Made by a program: the position numbers and the translations under genes. The notes below the pieces were generated by a model, which ran no database searches, was not told the DNA's origin, and saw only the letters and a list, made by a program, of their open reading frames with translations. A stretch of 64,000 nucleotides of DNA, taken from an uncultured Gammaproteobacteria bacterium. Its GTDB lineage: Bacteria; Patescibacteriota; Patescibacteriia; UBA9934. Below, piece after piece: positions 1 through 9,762 of the stretch (position 1 is its first letter; each line of letters starts with the position of its first letter). The stretch spans positions 237,113 to 301,112 of the forward strand of contig CAZKGL010000001.1 in assembly GCA_964552565.1 (NCBI GenBank), written 5' to 3'.

Positions 1-1025
1 CCGGCGAGCGTCTTCAAGAGCGTCGTCTTGCCTTGGCCATTGTTGCCGACGATAACGACGCGCTCGCCGCGCGGGATCTCGAACGTGATGTCGCTTGCGA
101 CGACGCGGCAATCGCCCCGCCCAGCGGGGTCGCCATAGCCGATCGCGAGGTTGTCGACGCGCACGGCGGTGCCGGGTTTCGTGACGACCGGCGGGATGGC
201 GATGCGCGCCGTGGCGAGCGCATGGTCGATGGCGATCGTTTTCAGCCGCGCAATCTGCTTGAGTTTTGACTGCGCCTGCGTCGCCTTGCTCGCCTTGTAG
301 CGGAAGCGGTCGACGAATTCCTGGAGATGTTCCTTGTGCGCGAGGATCTTTTTGTTCGTCTTGGCAATGAAGTCCGCCTGCTCCTGCTTGTATGCGATGT
401 AGTCCTCGACCGGGCCGGGGAAGGTGGTGAGGCGTCCGCGTTCGATGTCGATGGTCGAGGTGCACGTGCGCTTTAAAAACTCGCGGTCGTGCGAGATGAC
501 GAGCATGCTGCCGCGGTAGGTGCGGAGGAAGCGCTCGAGGAGGAGGAGCGTCGCGAGGTCGAGGTAGTTTGTCGGTTCGTCGAGCAGCAAGAGGTTCGGT
601 TCGTCGAGCAGCATCGCGGCAAGTTTGACGCGCATGCGGTAACCGCCCGAGAGGTCGGCGGCCGGTGTCGTGAGGAGGTCGCGTTTCAGCTGGAACTGCG
701 CGGCCATCTTCGCGCACGCCCAGTCTTCTTTTCCGCTGACGCGCGTGAGGGAGGCGATGACCGTTTCGCCTGCGGGGAACTCCGCATGCTGTTCGACATA
801 GCCGATCCGCACGCCCGGCAGGTGGCGGATGGCGCCGCCGTCCGGTTCCTCCTGCCCAAGGATGAGTTTGAAGAGCGTCGATTTGCCTGCGCCGTTGCGT
901 CCGATGACCGCAGTTTTCTGCGCATCGGAAAGAACAACGCCCACCTCGTCAAAGATGACCTGGTGCCCGAATTTCTTGCTGAGGTTGGTAATCTCGACGA
1001 GGGGGCGCATGATGCGCAAGAGCAT
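1..1025 (-). CDS. ABC-F family ATPase with two ABC domains, 5' part; the 3' end runs off the window start
   Basis: Minus-strand translation from the ATG at 1025 (alternative at 1010) reads MLLRIMRPLVEITNLSKKFGHQVIFDE. A second Walker A (VVIVGNNGQGKTTLLKTLAG) is encoded at 1-60 on the minus strand. It is absent from the ORF track because the frame is open at the window edge. Confidence 0.75.
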   Translation of the reverse strand, partial: MLLRIMRPLVEITNLSKKFGHQVIFDEVGVVLSDAQKTAVIGRNGAGKSTLFKLILGQEEPDGGAIRHLPGVRIGYVEQHAEFPAGETVIASLTRVSGKEDWACAKMAAQFQLKRDLLTTPAADLSGGYRMRVKLAAMLLDEPNLLLLDEPTNYLDLATLLLLERFLRTYRGSMLVISHDREFLKRTCTSTIDIERGRLTTFPGPVEDYIAYKQEQADFIAKTNKKILAHKEHLQEFVDRFRYKASKATQAQSKLKQIARLKTIAIDHALATARIAIPPVVTKPGTAVRVDNLAIGYGDPAGRGDCRVVASDITFEIPRGERVVIVGNNGQGKTTLLKTLA

Positions 1026-1265
1026 ACACAATTGCCGCGCCTGCCGCCACGTCGCGCTTGACCGGGGGCGGGGAAGGCGTTCCCTGGAAGGTGAGGGGCT
1101 GCCAGCCCCATGTCCTTCCGCATAGGACGTCGCGCCTTGTCCGGCGAGCTGGCAGCGCCCTCTTCACCCCCTCGGCCCCAGGGATCACGGTTCCTGGGGT
1201 TTCCGATTGATTTTTTCTTGGATTTGCGCTACCATCGACGGGAAAACCCGTGCCATTCGTACCAC

Positions 1266-1339
1266 TCCGGGATCGTCTAACGGCAGGACAGCGGCCTTTG
1301 AAGCCGTGAATCTTGGTTCGATTCCAAGTCCCGGAACCA
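1266..1339 (+). tRNA. tRNA-Gln (anticodon TTG), CCA encoded
   Basis: Hand-folded cloverleaf: acceptor TCCGGGA/TCCCGGA, T-arm GGTTCGATTCC, anticodon loop CTTTGAA. Confidence 0.8.
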
Positions 1340-1345
1340 CAAGAG

Positions 1346-1384
1346 CCCCCGCAGCAAATGCTGGGGTTTTTGTGTATTTTTTGG
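1346..1384 (+). terminator. Intrinsic terminator after tRNA-Gln
   Basis: Hairpin CCCCGCAGC-aaat-GCTGGGG followed by TTTTTGTGTATTTTTT. Confidence 0.5.
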
Positions 1385-1393
1385 CCTATTTCA

Positions 1394-1422
1394 TTGACAA
1401 AACGTCATTTTTGTGCTATATT
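1394..1422 (+). promoter_or_regulatory. Sigma70-like promoter TTGACA-17-TATATT with TGc extended -10
   Basis: ttcaTTGACAaaacgtcatttttgtgcTATATT. A near-identical module occurs downstream of tRNA-Glu at 51016-51044. Confidence 0.5.
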
Positions 1423-1537
1423 GGATGGTTCCTTTCGGTGAAAAAGAGTCCCTCCAGAGGCCTGGAAATGTGCATTGCAGCGGCATATTTCCGGACCCAT
1501 GGAGGGAGTCTCCAGCTGTTCACCCCCGGAGGAACGG

Positions 1538-2392
1538 ATGAATTTCCACACGCACCCGAACGCCATCGAGGGCGCCGCCGCCCGCAGCTTCGGACGCCGC
1601 GCGTCGCCCCTGGCGTCGCAGCAGGCCGCCTCGCAGCCCTCGGGCAGCAAGCTCGTGTTCCGTGGCGGCAAGTTCGTCGACGCGGACGCGGCGCCGCCGA
1701 TGCCGGTGCCGCGCCGCACGACGAGCAAGCCCGTCGCCGCGAAGCCCGCGCCGAAGATCTCGCCCCCGCCGACCGTCATCGTCCCCGAGTCCGCCCCCGT
1801 GGTGGTCGCGAAGGTCGAGCCGGAGCCGGTGATCGACGTCGCGGCGGAGCTCGCGCGCATCGAGGCCGATCGCGCCACCGCGGAGCGGCGGAAGCGGGAG
1901 GAGCAGCGGCGGCGCGAGGAAGCGCACGCCGCGGCCGAGCAGGCCCGTCGTGACGAAGCCGAGCGCGAGGCCCGTCGCGCGGCCGAGGCCCTGCAGGTCC
2001 GACTGCGCGAGGAGGAGCGCCGCGCCGCGCAGGCCAAGGCCGAGAAGGAGGCGCAGCGCAAGCGCGACGAGGACCGCCGCAAGGAGCGCGCCCTGGCGCA
2101 GTCGCGGGCCCGCGAGGCCGAGCAGCGCAGCCGCGACCTGAACGGGTGTGTCAAGAACGCCCGGGTCGGCGTCCCGGCCGCGAAGGCGGGCGACGAGCGG
2201 CCGATCGGCGAGCGCATCGCGGCGCTCACCGACGCGGCGATCGCGCAGGCCTACGCGAACGAGCGCGAGCTCAAGTGGCGGTTCTCGGACCGCGCCAAGC
2301 TCGTGAACGCCGCGAAGAACCCGGCCGGCGCCAAGCACGTCGTCGCGTTCGTCGAGGCCTGCGAGCGCATCATGCGCCAGGCCATATCCTAG
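1538..2392 (+). CDS. Hypothetical protein with a charged Arg/Glu/Ala-rich coiled-coil segment
   Basis: GGAGG RBS 5 nt upstream of ATG 1538. In frame with track ORF 1475..2392. The C-terminal 80 aa are of normal composition. Confidence 0.45.
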   Translation: MNFHTHPNAIEGAAARSFGRRASPLASQQAASQPSGSKLVFRGGKFVDADAAPPMPVPRRTTSKPVAAKPAPKISPPPTVIVPESAPVVVAKVEPEPVIDVAAELARIEADRATAERRKREEQRRREEAHAAAEQARRDEAEREARRAAEALQVRLREEERRAAQAKAEKEAQRKRDEDRRKERALAQSRAREAEQRSRDLNGCVKNARVGVPAAKAGDERPIGERIAALTDAAIAQAYANERELKWRFSDRAKLVNAAKNPAGAKHVVAFVEACERIMRQAIS

Positions 2393-2525
2393 TACCCGGG
2401 AACGCCCGGGGAGCGGAACGTGAGGGGTCGGACGAGTCTCATCTCGCCCGGCCCCTTCACTGTTTTTTTTCATTGAAACGATGCGCCGCCCGTCTGGAAT
2501 CCAGCGGGCGGCGGAGGTTGTGCGG

Positions 2526-3060
2526 TCACGCGGTGGCGAGCGCGAGTACTTCTTCGCGCGTGGTCTCGATCCGTTCGAACGGGCACTTGGCGCGGATGAG
2601 GTGCAGCGTGACGCCACGGGCGATCTCCTCCGCACCGCTGAGGCGTCGCGCCGCGCACTCGCGCAGATGCAGCAGCAGGACATGCGCGCGCAGCACATCG
2701 AGGTTGCGCAGGAACGTCCAGACGTCGACCACCTCTGCGTAGGGCATGAGCGCGAGCACCATGTTACGGTGCATCGCGTCCTCCCAGCGGTCGAGGAGCG
2801 ACTCGTCCCACAGCCCGGCGTCGACGGCGACCGCCGCTTCGATGAGGAGCGCCACGAGACGCTGGTCGTGGACCGCCAGGAGGCTCTCGCGGAACGCCGC
2901 GAGATCGAACGGCGGCAGGGGTTCTCCTGGTCCGACGCGGGTCACGGCCTCGCGCAGCGATGCGCCGTCGCGCAGGCATCGGGTGCCGGTCGCGAGCGCC
3001 GCGTCGGTGCACGGGCACCCGCAGGTGATGCGGTGCGAACAGGTGGTCAGTGCGGTCATC
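2526..3060 (-). CDS. Hypothetical protein with N-terminal Cys cluster (CSHRITCGCPC)
   Basis: Minus-strand ORF with a GGAGG RBS 5 nt before the MTALTT start. Composition is more protein-like than the overlapping plus-strand ORF 2481..3098. A convergent bidirectional terminator hairpin lies at 2491-2521. Confidence 0.45.
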
Positions 3061-3176
3061 GGGGCCTCCGGGGGTGTGGAACGAACGGCGTACCCTAGCA
3101 AAAAAACCGCCCGATGTCAACGCAGCAACGGGCGTGTTGCCGAGGCGTCGGCTCGGCGGTACCATGGCCAGTACGT

Positions 3177-4094
3177 ATGCAGATGGCCAAGGTCGTCCTC
3201 ATCCAGGAACCGAACCGCCGCAAGGCCGTGCGCGAGGCCGTGCACCAGCTTGGTGACGCGTGGATCGATAAGGTCAAGTCCAGCCGGCGCATCATCGTCA
3301 AGGTGAACCTCGTGCACCACGAGACGCAGCTCGCGTCGACCCACGTCGATGCGGTGCGCGGGCTCCTCGACGAGATCCGCCAGCACAGCCGCGTCGACGT
3401 ATTCGTCGGCGACGCGTCGTACCACGGGACAAAGGCGGCGTTTGCGAATTTCGGTTACGAGCGTCTCATCGAGGAGTACGAGCACACGATCCTCGTCGAC
3501 CTCAACGACGACGATACCGTGCTCGGCCACAGCGTCCGCGCGGACGGCAGCCTGAACGAGATCCGCCGCTCGAGGCTCGCGAGCGAGTGCGACCTCCGTA
3601 TCTCGTTGACGCCCATGAAGACGCACCGCGACGCCGGCATCTCGCTGTCGGTGAAAAACTGGACGCTCGGCACATGGGTCGTCCCACCGCGCGTCGGGAC
3701 GCACGGAAGGGTGTGGGCGCGCTGGCCATGGTTGCACAACGAGGGCATGAAGGCGTTCCATGAGACGGTGACGACGCTGTATGAGGAGTTGCCGTGCCAC
3801 GTCGGCATCGTAGACGGGACCATTGCGATGGAAGGCGACGGGCCGACGCGCGGCGATGCCGTGCAGATGGGCGTCGTGCTCGCCGGCCTCGACGCGGTCG
3901 CGGTCGACGCGGTGGGGGCCACGCTCATGGGGTTCGATCCCGGGGAGATCGGCTATCTGGTAAAATGTAGCGAACGAGGGCTCGGCGTCGCGGAGATGAG
4001 CCGCATCGATGCCCCGCCGCTCGTCCTGGAGCAGTTGCGCCGTTCGTTTTTGCGCCCGCCGGAGTTGGCGGAGAAATTAACTGCTTGGAAATAA
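3177..4094 (+). CDS. DUF362 domain protein
   Basis: MAKVVLIQ start and the THxxAGISLSVKN and DGTIAMEGDGP motifs are typical of DUF362. Confidence 0.6.
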   Translation: MQMAKVVLIQEPNRRKAVREAVHQLGDAWIDKVKSSRRIIVKVNLVHHETQLASTHVDAVRGLLDEIRQHSRVDVFVGDASYHGTKAAFANFGYERLIEEYEHTILVDLNDDDTVLGHSVRADGSLNEIRRSRLASECDLRISLTPMKTHRDAGISLSVKNWTLGTWVVPPRVGTHGRVWARWPWLHNEGMKAFHETVTTLYEELPCHVGIVDGTIAMEGDGPTRGDAVQMGVVLAGLDAVAVDAVGATLMGFDPGEIGYLVKCSERGLGVAEMSRIDAPPLVLEQLRRSFLRPPELAEKLTAWK

Positions 4095-4098
4095 CCGT

Positions 4099-4578
4099 AT
4101 GTCTACCTGCATCTTTCCCGGTCGCTTCCAACCGTTCCACGAAGGGCACCTGATGGTCGTCCAGGGGATGGTGAAATCGTGCGGCAACGCCTGCATCGTC
4201 ATTTGTGACGAAGGAAAGGCCGGAGCGGACGCCCCGTTTACGGTCGAGCAGCGCCGCGAGATGATCAGCGCCGCGCTCCTTGCGAAAGACATCATGGACG
4301 CGACCATCGTCGTCGTGAAAGACGGCGGCGAAGACGCCCAGTGGGCGCACCGCGTGCTGGATGAGTGCGGCAACCCGGAGGGTGCGACGGTGTGGAGCGG
4401 ACGCGAAGAGGTCCGCGCGCTGTTCGAAGGCATGGGGGTCGCGACGAAAAAGGTCGTTCCGGTGCCGGGTATTTCGAGCGAGACGATCCGCGAGCAGATG
4501 GTGGCGAACAACCCCGAGTTCCGCAAGCATATCCCGAGCGGCGCTATCGATGTGGTGATGGATGCCATCAAAAAGTAA
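4099..4578 (+). CDS. nadM: Nicotinamide-nucleotide adenylyltransferase, archaeal/NadM type (cytidylyltransferase fold)
   Basis: The N-terminal FPGRFQPFHEGH motif is the (H/T)xGH nucleotidyltransferase signature of NadM-type NMNAT. Confidence 0.7.
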   Translation: MSTCIFPGRFQPFHEGHLMVVQGMVKSCGNACIVICDEGKAGADAPFTVEQRREMISAALLAKDIMDATIVVVKDGGEDAQWAHRVLDECGNPEGATVWSGREEVRALFEGMGVATKKVVPVPGISSETIREQMVANNPEFRKHIPSGAIDVVMDAIKK

Positions 4579-4650
4579 GTCATCACGCCCATCCTGAGGC
4601 GAAGCCGAAGGATCTCTTGCGAGAGATCCCTCGCTCGGCCCGGGATGGTT
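4579..4650 (+). terminator. Terminator-like repeat element of the 'catcctgagg' family
   Basis: cccatcctgaggcgaagccgaaggatctcttgcgagagatccctcgctcggcccgggatgg followed by TTTTTTGTTTG. Related copies occur at 32390-32440 and 45716-45767. Confidence 0.5.
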
Positions 4651-4656
4651 TTTTGT

Positions 4657-4685
4657 TTGACTTTTGCTTTTGTTTCTGCTAACTT
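4657..4685 (+). promoter_or_regulatory. Promoter TTGACT-17-TAACTT, with TGc before the -10
   Basis: gtTTGACTtttgcttttgtttctgcTAACTT. Confidence 0.4.
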
Positions 4686-4746
4686 TTCGCCGCCGGTTTC
4701 ACTACTCCGGACAACCCAAACGGCCATTGGCCACTGAGAGGACTGT

Positions 4747-5964
4747 TTGCCCATCGACCCCCTCGACCAGCGCTGGACCACCCCCGTCCGCACCACCCTC
4801 GTGCTCGCGGGCGGCGCGCGCACCTGCACGTGCATCGGTCTCACCGACAAGCCGCTCGCCTTCATCGAGGTCGACAGCCCGGACGGCAAGGGCGGCTACC
4901 CGCTCATCGTCGACTGGCGGATGACCAAGGCCGCGTTCGCGCGCGGCGACCACCACATGGTGTTCGCCGGGTACGACAACGTCTACGGCGCCGAACGCGC
5001 GCAGAACGGCCACGCGACGACGTGGGTCGCGCACCAACTCAAGGTGCACGGCGACTGTCGCGAGCTCTTCGCGGGCAGCCTCCTCGAGGCCTACGGCCGT
5101 CCCATCGACGACGCCGAGCGCTTCTACGCGCTGCAGGAGGAGTACGCGCGGGTCTTCGCCGACGGCGTGGATCCGAAGGACTACCCGGTGCACAACGCGG
5201 ACTTCGCCCGTTCGGTCGCGCTCATCCGCACCGCCCGCGGCGTGAAGGGGAGCCGCAAGTACCCCGGTACGGCCTCCGCGCTGCGGCGCATGACGCGCCA
5301 GCTCGTGGCGCTCCACGAGGACAAGGAGCGCGTCGTGCCGCTCGGCGCGGTGCTCGCGAGCTACATCGAGGCGGTGCTGTCGCGCATCATCCGCCACCGC
5401 GCCGCCATCGAGCAGCTCATGGCGCTCGAGCCGAAGAAGCTCCTGACGCCCAACCGTCCGGATCGGCTCAAGGAGCTGCGCGAGGCGCTCAAGGAGATCC
5501 TCGTCGCCCGCCCGTTCCGCCGGAGCCGCGACATGATCGTCGAGGAGCTCGACCAGGTCACCGAGCTCGTCATCTACGCGCTCCACAACCCGAGCGACGA
5601 GGTGCGCACGCACGTCGTCAACCTCTCCCGCAGCATCCTCGGGACGGTGCGCGACGCGCTCCTCCTGCGGGAGCGGCAGTACGAGATCGAGCGTATCCTG
5701 AAGCGCGTCGCGGTCTGGGAACGCTGGGACCAGCGTCCGACGGAGGCGCAGTGGCTCCGGCTGCACCGGGAGATCGACGACGTCCTCGACCGCACGGGGG
5801 CGGGCCTCGGCCACGGTTTCCGCCGCAACCGGGTGCACGAGATCCGCGCGTACCTCGAAGAGGCCCGTTCGGTCTCGCGTACGGTGCGGCAGTTCGAGCC
5901 CGAGCCGTCCCGGCAGCTCGCCGCCATCGGTGCCAAGCTCCGCGCCGTTTCGAAGCTCATCTAG
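4747..5964 (+). CDS. Hypothetical protein (405 aa)
   Basis: Long ORF with normal composition and a TTG start preceded by GAGAGGA. The start is uncertain. The antisense ORF 4702..5838 is Arg-rich junk. Confidence 0.5.
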   Translation: MPIDPLDQRWTTPVRTTLVLAGGARTCTCIGLTDKPLAFIEVDSPDGKGGYPLIVDWRMTKAAFARGDHHMVFAGYDNVYGAERAQNGHATTWVAHQLKVHGDCRELFAGSLLEAYGRPIDDAERFYALQEEYARVFADGVDPKDYPVHNADFARSVALIRTARGVKGSRKYPGTASALRRMTRQLVALHEDKERVVPLGAVLASYIEAVLSRIIRHRAAIEQLMALEPKKLLTPNRPDRLKELREALKEILVARPFRRSRDMIVEELDQVTELVIYALHNPSDEVRTHVVNLSRSILGTVRDALLLRERQYEIERILKRVAVWERWDQRPTEAQWLRLHREIDDVLDRTGAGLGHGFRRNRVHEIRAYLEEARSVSRTVRQFEPEPSRQLAAIGAKLRAVSKLI

Positions 5965-5968
5965 CGCG

Positions 5969-6010
5969 TCGTCATCGCGTCCCGCCCTGGGTTCATGCCT
6001 GGGGCGGGCG
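5969..6010 (+). repeat. Terminator-like repeat, copy 1 (catcgcgtcccgccc(t/g)gggttcatgcctggggcgggcgcttct)
   Basis: About 40 nt near-identical to 7040-7082. GC hairpin CCCGCCCNGG/CCTGGGGCGGG followed by a T-rich tract. Confidence 0.55.
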
Positions 6011-7032
6011 CTTCTGTTCTTGTTGAGCGAACGCGGCTGTGGTTAACTCATGTCGGCCGATTCACGGCAAGTACGACGGAAGGCTCGTCGCCCCGCAACG
6101 GTAGGGCGCCAACAGAGAGGGCCGTGCGTGCGACTCGTCGGCAGGACATGCGTGCCTGCAGCAGGGAGTGTGTGGTGAACCGCTTGCAGAAGATCGTTGA
6201 CAAGACGTCGTATAGCGCGGCCTGCGCGGCATGCAAGGCCGCGAAGGATGTAGGTCTCAACAACGAAAGCGATGTCGCGCTTCGTACGGGCCCGCTGTTC
6301 TTGCTCGTGGGTTGCGCGGTGGTGGCCTTGGGATTCCACGGCATCGAAGACGCCGACATCGCCGCGGTGATGTTGCTGGTCGGGGCCATTTTCGGACTTG
6401 TTGGTCCCATCGTGACGCTCGTTGGCGTGTGGGCAAAGCTTACCGGAGGGCCGCGGCGCTTTGACTTCCTTGTGCCCACGGAGGCTGGGCTCGAGTACCA
6501 CGCGCACCGCGAGAATCCGGTTGCGCACATCAACCTCCTCGCAAAGGGGAAGTGGCACGACGCGGCCATTGTCCTCGAGCTCGAGGGAGAACGCACGCGG
6601 TGCACGCTGCTGCGCGTGGGGTTCGCGGCGCCGTCGTGGAAGCTCTCCCGGGTGTCCGGGAATGCGATCATCCACATGTCGGACGAGTATGGCTGCAGCA
6701 TCGATACGTCGCCGCTGGAGTGCATGCGCATCCTGCTCGCCTACATCGGTTCGGTCGGCCGGATCGTCGACGAGTGCCTTGATGAGGTGCGCAACGACCA
6801 TCGCGTGGGGGTGCTCTCCCGCGGATTGGTCGCGATTGGGCTCCTCACCGGACCGGACCGCAAGTTCAGCATCACCCGCCTGGGTCCGTCGGGACGGATC
6901 GTACACGAACGCGTGCGGCAGACGCTCGCGGCTGCCGGCGACGACGTCGACCCGGCGATCGAAGGGATGGCGGAAGAGGACGCCATCAAGATCCGGGACG
7001 CCTTCAAGGAGTCTCACGGCAAGGCGTTGTAG
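5995..7032 (+). CDS. Hypothetical membrane protein
   Basis: ORF with hydrophobic segments (LFLLVGCAVVALGF, LLVGAIFGLVGPIVTLVGV). The true start is probably internal, for example M at about 6148. Confidence 0.4.
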   Translation: MPGAGASVLVERTRLWLTHVGRFTASTTEGSSPRNGRAPTERAVRATRRQDMRACSRECVVNRLQKIVDKTSYSAACAACKAAKDVGLNNESDVALRTGPLFLLVGCAVVALGFHGIEDADIAAVMLLVGAIFGLVGPIVTLVGVWAKLTGGPRRFDFLVPTEAGLEYHAHRENPVAHINLLAKGKWHDAAIVLELEGERTRCTLLRVGFAAPSWKLSRVSGNAIIHMSDEYGCSIDTSPLECMRILLAYIGSVGRIVDECLDEVRNDHRVGVLSRGLVAIGLLTGPDRKFSITRLGPSGRIVHERVRQTLAAAGDDVDPAIEGMAEEDAIKIRDAFKESHGKAL

Positions 7033-7039
7033 TATTTCG

Positions 7040-7082
7040 CATCGCGTCCCGCCCGGGTTCATGCCTGGGGCGGGCGCTTTCT
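7040..7082 (+). repeat. Terminator-like repeat, copy 2
   Basis: catcgcgtcccgcccgggttcatgcctggggcgggcgctttctcttg, matching 5969-6010. Confidence 0.55.
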
Positions 7083-7230
7083 CTTGTGGATAACTTACTG
7101 CGAAACTAAGTTTCGAAACTTCGTTTCGGGGTGTGGATGATCGCTTGCGTGTTCGTAATCTGTACGGTATCGTTCGAATACAAATTACGATAGGTACCCC
7201 TAGAGCCCCGGCTCTCGGGGCATTTGCGTT

Positions 7231-9294
7231 ATGGAGTTTTCTCTCCGCTCACAATACCAACCCGCAGGCGACCAGCCGAAGGCGATACAGGAACTCACGG
7301 ACGGCCTCCGCGAGGGTTTGTCGCGCCAAACGCTGCTCGGCGTCACCGGGTCGGGCAAGACGTTCACGATGGCGAACGTCATCCAGCGCGTGCAGAAGCC
7401 GACGCTCGTCATTGCGCATAACAAAACGCTTGCAGCGCAGCTGTGCCAAGAGTTCCGCGAGTTCTTTCCGGAAAACGCGGTCGAGTATTTCGTGAGCTAT
7501 TACGATTACTACCAGCCGGAGGCGTACTTGCCGCGCACCGACACGTACATCGAGAAGGACGCGCAGATCAACGAAGAGATCGACCGCTTGCGCCACGCCG
7601 CGACGCAGGCGCTCCTCACGCGGCGCGACGTCATCATCGTCGCGTCGGTGTCGTGCATCTACGGCCTTGGTTCGCCGGCCGAGTATAGCAAGAGCGGCAT
7701 GCGCATCATGATCGGTGACCCGCTGTCGCGCACCGAACTGCTGCGCCGCCTCGTCGACATGCAGTTCACGCGCACGACGACGGACCTGTCGCGCGGCCAG
7801 TTCCGCGCCCAGGGCGACGTCATCGAACTCATGCCGATGAACGAAGAGGTGTTGTACCGCCTCACCATCGAGGACAATCGCGTGCACGAGATGCTGCTGC
7901 TTGACCACGTCACGCGCATGGTGCGCGAACGGTTGACGCAGATGTGGCTCTTCCCGGCAAAGCACTACATGACCGATGCGCTCAGCCGTGAACGTGCGCT
8001 CCAGGACATCGAGGCCGAGCTCAAGGAGCAGCTTGCGCGGTTTGAGAAGGAGGGCAAAGTGCTCGAGTACGAGCGGTTGTCGCGCCGCACCCGGTACGAC
8101 GTCGAGATGATCCGCAACATCGGGTTCTGCAGCGGCATCGAGAACTACTCGCGCCATTTCGACGGTCGTCGCGAAGGCCAACCGCCGTACACGCTGCTTG
8201 ACTACTTCCCGGACGATTTCCTGACCGTCATCGACGAGTCACACGTCACGCTGCCGCAGATCGGCGGCATGTACGCCGGCGACCAGGCGCGCAAGTCGGT
8301 GCTCGTCGAGCACGGGTTCCGCCTGCCGTCCGCAAAGGACAACCGGCCGCTCCAATTCGATGAGTTCATCGACCGCATCGGCGCGATGGTGTACGTCTCG
8401 GCGACACCGGGGGCGTATGAAGCGACGACATCGCAGAAGGTCGTCGAGCAGATCATCCGCCCGACCGGCCTCGTGGACCCGGAGACCATCGTGCTCCCAG
8501 TGGTCGCGTCCGGCGACTACCCGGGGCAGATCGGCGATCTCATCGTGCGTATTGAAGACCGTATCGGCAAAGGCGAGCGCACGCTCGTGACGACGCTCAC
8601 GAAAAAGATGGCGGAGGACCTCACCGAGTATCTCAAAGAACGGAAGATCAAGGTGGCGTACTTGCACTCCGACGTCGAGACGCTGGAGCGCATCACGGTG
8701 TTGTCCGACTTGCGCAAGGGGACGTACGACGTGGTCGTCGGCGTCAACCTGCTGCGCGAGGGCCTCGACCTGCCGGAGGTATCGCTCATCGGCATCCTCG
8801 ACGCGGACAAGGAAGGGTTCCTGCGCTCCGAGACGTCGCTCATCCAGACCATCGGACGCGCGGCGCGCAACGTCAACGGCCAAGTCGTGCTCTACGCCGA
8901 CCAGATGACCGGGTCGCTCACGCGCGCGCTGAAGGAGACGGAACGCCGCCGCACCTTGCAGCTGGCGTACAACAAGGAGCACGGCATTACGCCGGAGACG
9001 ATTAAGAAAAAGATCGGCGACATCCGCGCCGAGCTCATGAACGAGCGGCCGGGCGACATCCAGCAGGTGCTGAAGATCGAAATGACCGCGTCGGCGAAGG
9101 AGCTGCGCGAAGTCATCGCGGAAAAGAAAGAGGAGATGGCGATGGCGTCGGCGAACCTCTTGTTCGAAACCGCCGCGATCCTCCGCGACGAGATTATTGC
9201 GCTCGAAGCCGAGCTCGCCCAAGAAAAAAAGCGGACCGCCCGCGCCTCCACGAAAGGGAAGCGGGGCGGTACACGGACGAAGACGGCGGGCTAG
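7231..9294 (+). CDS. uvrB: Excinuclease ABC subunit B
   Basis: MEFSLRSQYQPAGDQPKAIQEL, GVTGSGKTF Walker A, full-length helicase domains, C-terminal UvrB/UvrC interaction motif. Confidence 0.95.
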   Translation: MEFSLRSQYQPAGDQPKAIQELTDGLREGLSRQTLLGVTGSGKTFTMANVIQRVQKPTLVIAHNKTLAAQLCQEFREFFPENAVEYFVSYYDYYQPEAYLPRTDTYIEKDAQINEEIDRLRHAATQALLTRRDVIIVASVSCIYGLGSPAEYSKSGMRIMIGDPLSRTELLRRLVDMQFTRTTTDLSRGQFRAQGDVIELMPMNEEVLYRLTIEDNRVHEMLLLDHVTRMVRERLTQMWLFPAKHYMTDALSRERALQDIEAELKEQLARFEKEGKVLEYERLSRRTRYDVEMIRNIGFCSGIENYSRHFDGRREGQPPYTLLDYFPDDFLTVIDESHVTLPQIGGMYAGDQARKSVLVEHGFRLPSAKDNRPLQFDEFIDRIGAMVYVSATPGAYEATTSQKVVEQIIRPTGLVDPETIVLPVVASGDYPGQIGDLIVRIEDRIGKGERTLVTTLTKKMAEDLTEYLKERKIKVAYLHSDVETLERITVLSDLRKGTYDVVVGVNLLREGLDLPEVSLIGILDADKEGFLRSETSLIQTIGRAARNVNGQVVLYADQMTGSLTRALKETERRRTLQLAYNKEHGITPETIKKKIGDIRAELMNERPGDIQQVLKIEMTASAKELREVIAEKKEEMAMASANLLFETAAILRDEIIALEAELAQEKKRTARASTKGKRGGTRTKTAG

Positions 9295-9701
9295 GAGAAC
9301 TTCGGCCGACGCGGCACCTGGCTGGGGCCATCGATCTTGCAGCGCTGAAGGAGCTCCTTCAGCTCACCGGTCGACATGCTCCGCACGGTCGCCTCGTCGG
9401 GGACATCCGTGAGGCGCTTCGCGGCCGTGCCGTTGCCGATGATCTCGAGCATCACGTTCACGAGCTGGTGCTGCGTGAACGCGGCGAAGCTGCCGACCGT
9501 CGGGTCGCGCGACGTCCCTTCCGGGCGGTAGTCCTCGCTCTTCGGCGAATGCTGGCCGGGGATGCGGCGGATGCCCCGACGCATCATCGGGCCCTGGCCG
9601 GCCGGGTCGTTCGGCAGCTGCATGCTGCCGGACGTGGCGCCGGGCGCGGAACGCGGGTCGAGGTCGACGCTGCCGTCGACGCCACCCATGCCGGTGTCCA
9701 T
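9291..9701 (-). CDS. Hypothetical small protein between uvrB and uvrA
   Basis: Minus ORF whose C-terminal half is protein-like ([24 protein letters not shown]). No clear RBS. The start was chosen at MDTGMGG. Confidence 0.3.
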   Translation of the reverse strand: MDTGMGGVDGSVDLDPRSAPGATSGSMQLPNDPAGQGPMMRRGIRRIPGQHSPKSEDYRPEGTSRDPTVGSFAAFTQHQLVNVMLEIIGNGTAAKRLTDVPDEATVRSMSTGELKELLQRCKIDGPSQVPRRPKFS

Positions 9702-9762
9702 GGTGGGATCGCTTGGGTCGGTCGGACGGGTCAAGATACCTCCAAGAGCACATAAACCATAT

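Noticed and set aside
2481-3098. Plus-strand ORF 2481..3098 (205 aa)
   Set aside because: It overlaps the minus-strand ORF that has a GGAGG RBS and a more protein-like composition. The plus-strand product is Arg/Glu-biased. The call remains uncertain.
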